Source: an uncultured Opitutales bacterium (lineage in GTDB: Bacteria; Verrucomicrobiota; Verrucomicrobiia; Opitutales; Coraliomargaritaceae). From it: DNA of 64,000 nt. The notes beneath the pieces are model-generated. The model ran no database searches and had not been told where the DNA came from. It saw only the letters and a program-made list of their open reading frames with translations. A program made the position numbers and the translations under genes. The stretch is taken from contig CALKBZ010000022.1 of assembly GCA_937775295.1 (NCBI GenBank), positions 15,463 to 79,462 on the forward strand, read 5' to 3'. Shown here piece after piece: positions 1 to 8,723 of this stretch (its first letter is position 1; each line of letters starts with the position of its first letter).

Positions 1-1
1 G

Positions 2-2518
2 TTCTATATCCAAGCGGAAAGCTTCCGACTGAAGTTAAATGGTGAAATCGAATTAACGAAGCTGCGGGCCTATCACAGCGAAATGAGCGACCCGATAATG
101 ACGGCCGACAGCACCGAGCTGCAATACACCCTGCGTCATCAAGGCGCCTATCAATTCACTCCGACTAGGCTCGTCCTCTCTAATGGGACCCTACAAATGC
201 CGGCGATTTACTCGCCTGACGGCAACCGTGCCACAATACTTGAGCGCGTCGCCTTTCACATCAGCCTCGGCGAAGGCATGATTCGGGTTAATTCATTTGC
301 TGCTCAGCACGCAGACATCCGCCTGCGCGGTTCCATCGATTTGCCACTCCAATCCTTCGGCAATACTGAAAGACCCCCGATTGAACGATTCTACAAACTG
401 ATCGCCGCCATCCTTAAAGAAAAAGAACACTGTTCGCCCTTCATACAACCGACCCTAGAATTCGCCTTAACCGCGCGGGCCGACGACTCGTTGGACGTCT
501 CGGTTCACTTGTCGTGCGAACACTTAAAGCACACCTACGCCACAGGGACGGACTTCCACTTTCAGACCAAATTCAACTTACAAAATGGTGTAATCACGCC
601 CCTAGTCCCGCTTATGCTGCGGGCGGAAGTAATCGACGTCCCGAAGTTCAACTTTGCGGCCGAGCAAATAACCGCACACGTCGCCACCGATCATTGGAAA
701 GGCCTAATGGATGGCATCTGGCCCGAGCTTTCCATCAGCGCACAGTCAGTTGCCACACATGGGGTCGAGCTAGAAGGCTCCCAAGCCATTATCTCTCCAG
801 CGAACTATCCAGACCTACAATTCAGCGGTTCTACCAATGGCCTCAAAGGTGCTGTCGCATTTGAAGGGACGCTCAACAGTGCAACCAAGAGTGGCCATAT
901 ACAAGCCGACGGCAGCGTTGATATATTCACATTTTTGCCCACACCCGCACGCACAAAGCTACCGACACTCGAGTTTGGATCGACGCCCCACTACACCCTC
1001 GCAGTCACAATCGACGACGGGCTAAAGCTCAATAGCGCAACCTTCAGGATCGATGTAAATGACCTCACCGCAAACGGGCTGACGTTTAATAGCATTCACG
1101 CTGCAGGTAGCTACAAAGAAGACCTTTTCAAGCTAGACAGGATACTCATCGAGCGCGGCAAACAATGGATCGATGCTACATTCAGTCGGAATAACATAAC
1201 CAATGACTTTAAAATAACTCTACTTGGCTCTACCAGCCCCGAACAATACAGCCCACTTCTCCCAAAATGGTGGCCTAAGATATTCAAAGATATCGACTTC
1301 AGCCAAGCGACATATAGCTACGGCGACTTCGTTATTTATGGCTGCAGCGTTCCTGCCCCTGAGGTGTTCTTCTTTGGCCATGCAGTAGCCCACCGCGCAG
1401 CGTACCGTGGCGCGCTGATCGACCAAGGCGAAATGATCGTCCGCGGTCGCGGCAACTACGTCGAGCTGCACAACATCAATGCCACAGCAGGTGACGGTTG
1501 GGCGAAAGGCGATGTCAGCTTCACCTCTAGAAAAATCCCTGACCGTGGTCCCCTATCGGTTCGCTACGACTTCGACTCATTGATGCCCCTCGACATCGCC
1601 TCGAAAATATTCGGCGGCACGATTGCCAGTATTATCAGTGATTTTGAAGTCACTAAACTACCACGAGTCAAACTCAGCGGAGTCACCTTCAACGATGCTT
1701 ATCCTAAATACGCAGACAACGACTCCTACGATCTGGACGCCGATATCGACACGCCAATCACTTTCAGGGAAACGCCCCTCGACCACCTACAGTTCAAGCT
1801 GCACAGCCGCAAAGAAGCCATCTACCTCAGAGATCTAGAATTTGGATATGCCGATGGGAATGGCACCGCGCAGATCGACATCGAAAACGCTCCGAACGAC
1901 GGCAATAATCTGCGCATCGACTTGAGCCTCCGTGACGCCAATCAAGCAAAGGCCATTAAAAACCTGCCAAGTTTCGACGGCATCGAAGCGCACTTGACTC
2001 AGTCCGAAGCTCAAGCAGACGAAGCAATCCGCAGTAAAGGGACGCTAGACCTAAACCTACACGTCCAAGGGCCAATAGATAATTTGTATGCATTCAATGG
2101 ATACGGAGACTTCGTCACTAACAACGAACAACTCGGCGCGATTCAGATACTCGGACCACTATCCAGCTTGCTAAAAAACACGCGCCTCAGTTTCACCTCA
2201 TTCAACCTCGACCAAATGACTGGCCGATTCGCAGTTGAGCAAGAGATGATCAACTTCTCCGATTTAATCATCGAAGGCCCTCGCACCAAGATCTGGTCAC
2301 AGGGCACGATGCGCATCCCTGATCAAGCACTCAACATGGATGTGCGCGTCAAGCTATTTGAAAATATAGGTAACCCTGACTCCGCGATAAACACCTTTCG
2401 TAAACTGATCTCTTCACCTCTGCCGAACCCTCTAGTCTTTAACCTCAAAGGAACCATACACGATCAGGAAATCCGCTTAAGCTACGATCCGCGGAACTTC
2501 ATTCCGGGACTCAAATAA
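2..2518 (+). CDS. C-terminal part of a large AsmA/TamB-like envelope protein; the 5' end lies outside the window
   Basis: The frame is open from base 2 (FYIQAESFRLKLNGEIELTKLRAYHSEM...) into listed ORF 83..2518. It is a long uninterrupted ORF with no competing frame. The family call rests only on general beta-rich character and the C-terminal region, not on a diagnostic motif. Confidence 0.45.
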   Translation, partial: FYIQAESFRLKLNGEIELTKLRAYHSEMSDPIMTADSTELQYTLRHQGAYQFTPTRLVLSNGTLQMPAIYSPDGNRATILERVAFHISLGEGMIRVNSFAAQHADIRLRGSIDLPLQSFGNTERPPIERFYKLIAAILKEKEHCSPFIQPTLEFALTARADDSLDVSVHLSCEHLKHTYATGTDFHFQTKFNLQNGVITPLVPLMLRAEVIDVPKFNFAAEQITAHVATDHWKGLMDGIWPELSISAQSVATHGVELEGSQAIISPANYPDLQFSGSTNGLKGAVAFEGTLNSATKSGHIQADGSVDIFTFLPTPARTKLPTLEFGSTPHYTLAVTIDDGLKLNSATFRIDVNDLTANGLTFNSIHAAGSYKEDLFKLDRILIERGKQWIDATFSRNNITNDFKITLLGSTSPEQYSPLLPKWWPKIFKDIDFSQATYSYGDFVIYGCSVPAPEVFFFGHAVAHRAAYRGALIDQGEMIVRGRGNYVELHNINATAGDGWAKGDVSFTSRKIPDRGPLSVRYDFDSLMPLDIASKIFGGTIASIISDFEVTKLPRVKLSGVTFNDAYPKYADNDSYDLDADIDTPITFRETPLDHLQFKLHSRKEAIYLRDLEFGYADGNGTAQIDIENAPNDGNNLRIDLSLRDANQAKAIKNLPSFDGIEAHLTQSEAQADEAIRSKGTLDLNLHVQGPIDNLYAFNGYGDFVTNNEQLGAIQILGPLSSLLKNTRLSFTSFNLDQMTGRFAVEQEMINFSDLIIEGPRTKIWSQGTMRIPDQALNMDVRVKLFENIGNPDSAINTFRKLISSPLPNPLVFNLKGTIHDQEIRLSYDPRNFIPGLK

Positions 2519-2520
2519 AA

Positions 2521-3495
2521 TTAACCACCAGACCGCGTATCGAGTATCACTCGGCTCGCGGCCAAACCAGACAGCGCAGCCCCCTCCACCCTGGGCCCGC
2601 CAAAACCATCCCCCGCAAGCAACAAGCTCAAATCCGAGTTATGGAAATACGCCTGTGGATACGGGTTTAATGGCAACGTAAAGCCCCATCGATGGCAGGA
2701 ATACTCGAGGACTGAGGACTGCAAATGAGCGGAGGCAGCTTCAAGCATCAGAGCACCGCGCACATCGTCCGCCGAGTCCCAGTGCTCCTGCGCAAAATCG
2801 GCACTCGCATGAATCGTCACTGCGGGCACATCCATCGAAATACCCTTCTGTTGATTATCGGCAATCCAAGTGATTGAAGATTCCTCAACTGGGCATGCTC
2901 CGTGATTTGCCAAACCGCTGGGTCCATCTAGGATCGCCAAAGTCGCCAACCCTAGGTTGTAACGCACGGCACGCAACGCGGCCAACTCTACCCCAGCATA
3001 ATCGACTGCACTCGTATCTAATAACGCTAGCGCTTGCGGGACAGGCGCAGTGACAACTAAATAGCGGCATTGGTGAACCTCGCCGGTCGCAGTTCGCACC
3101 TCCCAGGCATTCGCAGTCCTCACCACCTCGACCGCAGCCTGTGAGCGATGCACCTCTAAAGACTCGCACAAATACTTCGCCACATCAGTCATACCAGACC
3201 GACCACAATAACGTGGATAACCCGCAGCATTCGAATCGGACGGGGCATGGCGAAACCACTCCTGAATCACGCCAGCCTCTAGCCATTCATCTACATAGCT
3301 TTGAAAGCTTGGTTCGCGCACCGTAAAAAACTGCGCACCATGATCCAAACGACCACCGCCCATACGCCGAGTCGCCATACGCCCGCCCACTCCACGTCCC
3401 TTATCAAGCACCCGCGTCGAGACGCCAGCACGTTGTAGTTCCGAGGCACACAAAAGGCCAGAGATCCCGGCACCAATCACTAATACATCAATCAT
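2521..3495 (-). CDS. NAD(P)/FAD-dependent oxidoreductase (renalase/amine-oxidase-like)
   Basis: The dinucleotide-binding motif MIDVLVIGAGISGL sits at the internal ATG at 3495. The longer ORF start at 3648 would overlap the upstream gene, which ends at 3515, so the shorter start is preferred. Confidence 0.75.
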   Translation of the reverse strand: MIDVLVIGAGISGLLCASELQRAGVSTRVLDKGRGVGGRMATRRMGGGRLDHGAQFFTVREPSFQSYVDEWLEAGVIQEWFRHAPSDSNAAGYPRYCGRSGMTDVAKYLCESLEVHRSQAAVEVVRTANAWEVRTATGEVHQCRYLVVTAPVPQALALLDTSAVDYAGVELAALRAVRYNLGLATLAILDGPSGLANHGACPVEESSITWIADNQQKGISMDVPAVTIHASADFAQEHWDSADDVRGALMLEAASAHLQSSVLEYSCHRWGFTLPLNPYPQAYFHNSDLSLLLAGDGFGGPRVEGAALSGLAASRVILDTRSGG

Positions 3496-3514
3496 ATCTA
3501 TATTAACCTTTGAC

Positions 3515-4417
3515 CTAAAACTGCTTAGCCATGCAGGCATCGAAGCAACTCTTAATATCCGTAAAATCCCACTCGAAGCCACGGTCCAATAACACCTGCG
3601 GAAGCACTCCGACATCGGAGCACAGCACTTCGGTTCCCATCTTCCCAAACAGGGCTTTCACGACTACCGCTGGCAGCGGAAAAAAGGTCGGGCGCTTTAA
3701 CGCCGCCCCTAAACTCTGAGTGAATACCCGATTTGTCAAAGGTCCTGGAGAAACCACATTCAGCGGTCCCTGAATCGATGTATCTTCGACCGCCAGCAAC
3801 AATATCCGTACTGCATCTGGCAAGCTCACCCAGCTCATATGCTGACTACCGGCGCCAATCACCCCACCGAGCCCGAGCTTAAACGCTGGTAACATTTTCG
3901 TCAGCGCACCGCCTTGCGAGCTCAGTATCATGCCGATTCGTGCTGACACTGAGCGAATCCCCGCATCCTTTAATGGCTGTGCCGCACCCTCCCATTGCTC
4001 ACAGACATGCGCTAGGAATCCACCTCCTAAAGGCGAGCCCTCAGTCATGCCAGCAGCGCATTGATGCCCATAATAATTAATCCCCGATGCGGTAATATAA
4101 TCTGGTGGAGTGGGCTCTTTCAATATCGCGCCCACTAATAGCTGCGCTCCGCCAATTCGACTCTTCAGTATCCGAGCCTTAGTGACATCAGTCCAGCGCT
4201 GCGCAACTGGCTCGCCAGCGAGATGCACCACCACGTCGACGCCTGTCATCGCACCGGCATCGATCGTGCCTGCGTCCACATCCCATTGCACATCAGCAGT
4301 CGAACCACGCGAAAGCCGTCGCACTGAGTGGCCCTTTGACTCAAGCGCAGTACACAGCGCTTTACCGAGCATGCCAGTGGCGCCAGAAACTAATACCGTT
4401 TTATTATGCTTATTCAT
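3515..4417 (-). CDS. TIGR01777/YfcH-type SDR-family epimerase-like protein
   Basis: N-terminal Rossmann motif VLVSGATGMLGKAL and about 300 aa, with the C-terminal region typical of the YfcH/DUF1731 family. Its ATG overlaps the photolyase stop (ATGA at 4414-4417). Confidence 0.7.
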   Translation of the reverse strand: MNKHNKTVLVSGATGMLGKALCTALESKGHSVRRLSRGSTADVQWDVDAGTIDAGAMTGVDVVVHLAGEPVAQRWTDVTKARILKSRIGGAQLLVGAILKEPTPPDYITASGINYYGHQCAAGMTEGSPLGGGFLAHVCEQWEGAAQPLKDAGIRSVSARIGMILSSQGGALTKMLPAFKLGLGGVIGAGSQHMSWVSLPDAVRILLLAVEDTSIQGPLNVVSPGPLTNRVFTQSLGAALKRPTFFPLPAVVVKALFGKMGTEVLCSDVGVLPQVLLDRGFEWDFTDIKSCFDACMAKQF

Positions 4418-5829
4418 GCCTTAAACTTTGCCAATGCGCCCAACGCACGCGCACGCCCCGCTTGATGATCGATGATTGGTGAAGGATAGACATCCGCCCC
4501 AGTTACTTCAAGTAATCCAGCTGATGCCTTCCATGGTTCATGTATATACTTTGTAGGCAATTTCCCCAACTCCGGCACGTAGCGCTTCACATACGCACCA
4601 TCCGGATCAAATTTCTGCCCCTGTATAATGGGGTTAAAGATACGGAAATAAGGTGCCGCATCGGCACCACAACCGCCACTCCACTGCCACCCGAGTGTAT
4701 TACTCGCAAGGTCAGCATCCACTAAAGTATCCCAAAACCAACGAGCTCCATCCTGCCAATCCTGCAGCAAATGCTTTACCAACAAGGAAGATACAATCAT
4801 CCGCACACGATTATGCATCCAACCAGTTTGCCACAATTGGCGCATTCCAGCATCCACAATCGGATAACCCGTTTGCCCAGTCTGCCAGCGCTTCAAAGTC
4901 ACTGCGTCGGTCTCCCAGGGGAACGACTCATACTCAAGTCGCAACGGGCGATTCGGCGTCTCTGGAAAATGATACAACACGTTGTAAGCAAACTCACGCC
5001 AGTAGATCTCCTTAAGATATACCTTCGGGCCCTCTGCCGACTCATCACATTTTGCACGTACCGCCGCGACGATTTGCCGAGGGCCAATCAAGCCCCAGTG
5101 TAAATAAGGCCCTAGACTTGAAGTGCCCTCGAAGTCTGGACGATCGCGATTTACATGATACTCATCAATTGGTCCCTGCACAAACGTCGCCAAGCGCTGA
5201 TGCGCCTCAGCTTCACTCACACTCCAGCGCGCAGCCAATCCCGCGGACCAATGCACCTTTGGCAATAAGCATAACTCCTGCAACGCAACAGATGTCGGCC
5301 ATGTTAGGGGGCTCTGCAATCGACCTAAAGCTGGCTCGACAGGCGCTTCCACCGCTCTGGTGTGAACCTTCTTCCAATAAGGAGTATACACTTTGTAGGG
5401 CTGGCCACCCCCGGCCGCGACGGTATGCGGCTCATTCAGTAGGCAACTATTAAAACTCTCCACCGTAACTCCATCGTCACGCAGTGAACGTTTGACGTCC
5501 ATATCGACTGCACGCAGCGGGCCCTCATAGCGACGATTCCAAACCACCTGCGTCGCCCCCGTCTCTTCGACCAAACTTCGCAGCACCTGCAAGCTATTAC
5601 CGTGGCGAAGGACTAACTTTGAGCCATGCTCCGCTAAGCGCGAACTCAGACTTTGAAGCGCATGGTGCAGCCACCATTTCGACGCGCCCCCGGGAGGCCA
5701 ACCCGCATCCTCTTCGGGCGACCAGATAAAAACTGGTATCACCTCTGCGCCGGACTCAATCGCCGCGGCTAAAGCAGAATTGTCGTCAATGCGCAGGTCA
5801 TTACGAAACCATAGAAGTGTGGTAGACAT
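4414..5829 (-). CDS. phrB: Deoxyribodipyrimidine photolyase (class I CPD photolyase/cryptochrome family)
   Basis: N-terminal WFRNDLRIDDNSAL. The FAD-binding C-terminal block reads TGYPIVDAGMRQLWQTGWMHNRVRMIVSS...DADLASNTLGWQW...APYFRIFNP. Confidence 0.9.
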   Translation of the reverse strand: MSTTLLWFRNDLRIDDNSALAAAIESGAEVIPVFIWSPEEDAGWPPGGASKWWLHHALQSLSSRLAEHGSKLVLRHGNSLQVLRSLVEETGATQVVWNRRYEGPLRAVDMDVKRSLRDDGVTVESFNSCLLNEPHTVAAGGGQPYKVYTPYWKKVHTRAVEAPVEPALGRLQSPLTWPTSVALQELCLLPKVHWSAGLAARWSVSEAEAHQRLATFVQGPIDEYHVNRDRPDFEGTSSLGPYLHWGLIGPRQIVAAVRAKCDESAEGPKVYLKEIYWREFAYNVLYHFPETPNRPLRLEYESFPWETDAVTLKRWQTGQTGYPIVDAGMRQLWQTGWMHNRVRMIVSSLLVKHLLQDWQDGARWFWDTLVDADLASNTLGWQWSGGCGADAAPYFRIFNPIIQGQKFDPDGAYVKRYVPELGKLPTKYIHEPWKASAGLLEVTGADVYPSPIIDHQAGRARALGALAKFKA

Positions 5830-5947
5830 TATACAAAAACGCCAATTAGGCCTAAAACTTACATACCTAGAGCAATATTTGTACTGTCCGCAAGCTTTCC
5901 GCGCTCGCCTCTTGATTCTTCAATAAAACTAATCAACATCTCGCCTA

Positions 5948-6547
5948 ATGGATACTACTACTGCAATACACCAGCGCCGCTCCGTAAAACATTTTGATCA
6001 CGATCACAAGATGACTGAAGTCGAGATTCAATCCTTACTCGAATTGGCGCTGCTCTCCCCCACTTCTTTTAATATGCAGAACTGGCGCTTCGTTGTCGTG
6101 ACTGACCAAGCGAAGAAAGAAGCGGTCCGCGCCGCGGCCTGGAATCAAGCGCAAGTCAGCGAAGCATCGATCCTTATCGTGCTCTGCGCGGATCTACATT
6201 CCTACGAAAATGCGGGCCGCTATTGGGTCCACGCACCAGAACCAGTACAAGAGATGCTGGTGCCGATGATTGAGCCCTTCTACAAGGGCAACTCAACTCT
6301 AACACGCGACGAAGCGATGCGCTCGATCGGCATCGCCGCACAGACCCTCATGCTCACCGCCAAATCGATGGGCTACGACTCCTGCCCAATGATCGGCTTC
6401 GACCCAGTTAAAGTCGCCGAAATCATCAACCTTCCCGATCATCATATCATCGGCATGATGCTGCCAGTCGGCAAAGCGCTCAAAGACGCTAATACACGTG
6501 GCGGCCAACTCAAATACGACGAAGTGGTATTTACGGACGGCTTTTAG
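5948..6547 (+). CDS. Nitroreductase-family protein
   Basis: RRSVKHF motif near the N-terminus. Size of 199 aa and overall pattern are typical of NfsB/NfnB-like FMN nitroreductases. Confidence 0.8.
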   Translation: MDTTTAIHQRRSVKHFDHDHKMTEVEIQSLLELALLSPTSFNMQNWRFVVVTDQAKKEAVRAAAWNQAQVSEASILIVLCADLHSYENAGRYWVHAPEPVQEMLVPMIEPFYKGNSTLTRDEAMRSIGIAAQTLMLTAKSMGYDSCPMIGFDPVKVAEIINLPDHHIIGMMLPVGKALKDANTRGGQLKYDEVVFTDGF

Positions 6548-6658
6548 ACGGTTCCGCTGGCTCATATTTATTTACGATCCCAGCTGGATCTCTGACATTA
6601 GCCTGGCAATTTATTGCTGGGCTAATGTCAAAACCAAAGCAAAATGTAGAAGCGACAC

Positions 6659-6693
6659 AAAAAAGCCGCGCCCCTGACGGGCGCGGCTTTTCG
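6659..6693. terminator. Bidirectional intrinsic terminator between the nitroreductase (+) and phospho-sugar mutase (-) genes
   Basis: Stem GCCGCGCCC / GGGCGCGGC with a 5-nt loop, flanked by an A-run on the left and TTTT on the right. It reads as hairpin plus a T6 run on the minus strand. Confidence 0.8.
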
Positions 6694-6713
6694 TAAACTA
6701 CAATGCAACCGAC

Positions 6714-8678
6714 TTACCCCTGCGCACGCACACGTGCGTCTGCCTCGATCGCAGCAAGTACGCGCTGCATTTCGACTGCGGCCTCGGCCTTCACCTTAAT
6801 TAAGTCTTCTGGGTCAAGCACATCGCTGCGACCAAACACGTAGAACTTAATTTTCGGTTCGGTGCCAGATCCGCGAACGGCAAAGCTGTAACCGTTGCTC
6901 AACTCAAGGAAGTAGAAATCCTGAGGTGGGATCTTATCGCCGTCGGCATCAATAATCTCGTCTTTGCCGAAGTCAGTACAGCCAGACACCGAAACATTGC
7001 CAAATGCCTTCGGCGCAGCGCTGCGATAAGACTCTAGGATGTTCTTAATTTTCTGACTACCAGCAGCGCCTTCGTAGTAGATGTTGATCGTCTTCTCTTC
7101 GTAGTATCCGTGTTGTAAATACAAGGAATCAAGGAACTCAGGAAAAGTCATTTCCTGCGCCTTTAAATAGGCCGCGACTTCACAGAACATCACTACCGCT
7201 GCATTGGCATCTTTATCGCGCACCTTGTCGCTCGCCAAATAGCCATAGCTCTCTTCACCACCGAAGACGAAATAAGTCGAATAATCGAGTAGCAGATCCG
7301 CACGTGTCCAAATATCACACGCGTCGTAATCAACGGCCGTGCCTTCTTCTTCCATCAACTTTGCTTTCATCTGCGCTTCGTAGCCAGCCAACTTGGCACC
7401 GATCCACTTGAACCCAGTCAATGTATTGATCGTCTTCAGGCCATGCCAATCCGCCACAGCTTCCTGCATCGGACTGGTCACAAAGGTCTTAATCAAGACC
7501 GTGTTTTCACCGCCGTCTTCAGGAATGATCTCTGCATCTTTAAGCACTGAGATACGATACTCCGCCATGATTGTGCCGATTTGGTTGCCAGTCAGTAGCA
7601 CCATCTCACCGCTACGATCGCGCACGGCGACGCCCATACGGTCGGCATCTGGGTCAGTTGCCAACACCACATCCGCCCCCACTTCGTTGGCCTTCGCAAT
7701 CGCCATGGCGAGCGCTTCGGCATTTTCAGGGTTGGGCGATTTAACTGTCGGGAAGCGTGGATCTTGGACCATTTGCTCAGGCACTTCGATCACTTCGACT
7801 CCGAGTTCTTTCAAAGCAGGCACCGAACTGATCGCGCCCGTGCCATGAATGGGCGAGAATACGATTCGAGGTGCCTGCTTCTCCATCACTTCAGCATCAA
7901 TCACCATCTCTTTAAGCACGTCCAGGTAGGCCGCATCATCTTTGGCACCAAGCGAGATGACTGGAGCAAGGTCGACATCGAGGAATGCAGGCACCTCGGA
8001 CAGTTCCACCAAATTGACCAGATCGACGATGCCTTCGGCGTGCGGGGAGACCACTTGCGCGCCATCATCGAAATATACCTTGAAGCCGTTGTCATGCGAA
8101 GGATTGTGGCTAGCTGTAATGACCGCACCACAAGCCGCCTTATTCTGCCGCACCGCGAAGCTCAGCTGTGGCGTGGAACGCGGCCCTTCAAAAATCAATG
8201 CTTGGCCACCCAGCTTGCACCATGTCGATGCCGCGAGCTCACAAAAATGACGTGAAAAATGGCGCACATCATGCGCAATCACGAAGCGTGGTAAGTCGTA
8301 GCTGCCGCTGTCTTTCAAGTATTGCTCAACATAACGAAACAGGCCGATCGTCGCACGCACGAGATTGAAATCGTTGAGTACATTCGACCCCACCGCCGCA
8401 TGCTCGGGAGAGCCAATTGCGGATAGTGTGCCCGTTTCAGCGCTCGCAGGGACATTGCCGATGGTGCGACCACGTATGCCGCCCGTGCCGAACGCCAGAT
8501 TCTGATAGAAGCGGTCGTTCAACTCGTCCCACTCGCCGTTTTCGACCAGCTCAACGATACTCGCTCCAGCCCAGTTAGGCAAAAAGTCGGCACTCGCCCA
8601 CTTCTTTAAATTGACGACTGTGCTTTCAAGTAGAGAACCAGCGGCTCCGGCGGCTTCAATTTTTTCAATAATGCTCAT
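6714..8678 (-). CDS. Alpha-D-phosphohexomutase family protein (phosphoglucomutase/phosphomannomutase-like)
   Basis: Phosphoserine loop TASHNPSHDNGFKVY, Mg loop ATDPDADRMG and sugar loop GGEESYGYL. Confidence 0.9.
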   Translation of the reverse strand: MSIIEKIEAAGAAGSLLESTVVNLKKWASADFLPNWAGASIVELVENGEWDELNDRFYQNLAFGTGGIRGRTIGNVPASAETGTLSAIGSPEHAAVGSNVLNDFNLVRATIGLFRYVEQYLKDSGSYDLPRFVIAHDVRHFSRHFCELAASTWCKLGGQALIFEGPRSTPQLSFAVRQNKAACGAVITASHNPSHDNGFKVYFDDGAQVVSPHAEGIVDLVNLVELSEVPAFLDVDLAPVISLGAKDDAAYLDVLKEMVIDAEVMEKQAPRIVFSPIHGTGAISSVPALKELGVEVIEVPEQMVQDPRFPTVKSPNPENAEALAMAIAKANEVGADVVLATDPDADRMGVAVRDRSGEMVLLTGNQIGTIMAEYRISVLKDAEIIPEDGGENTVLIKTFVTSPMQEAVADWHGLKTINTLTGFKWIGAKLAGYEAQMKAKLMEEEGTAVDYDACDIWTRADLLLDYSTYFVFGGEESYGYLASDKVRDKDANAAVVMFCEVAAYLKAQEMTFPEFLDSLYLQHGYYEEKTINIYYEGAAGSQKIKNILESYRSAAPKAFGNVSVSGCTDFGKDEIIDADGDKIPPQDFYFLELSNGYSFAVRGSGTEPKIKFYVFGRSDVLDPEDLIKVKAEAAVEMQRVLAAIEADARVRAQG

Positions 8679-8723
8679 AGTATTTCGATGATGATGTGAA
8701 TGATTGCTATACTAAATAATTAA

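Noticed and set aside
3496-3648. 5' extension of the FAD-oxidoreductase ORF (listed start 3648).
   Set aside because: It would overlap the upstream SDR gene by 134 nt and precedes the Rossmann GxGxxG motif with a non-conserved, Cys/Arg-rich sequence. The internal ATG at 3495 sits directly before MIDVLVIGAG. The same logic was applied to the listed extensions of rpsM (48509-48685) and rplF (52925-52993).
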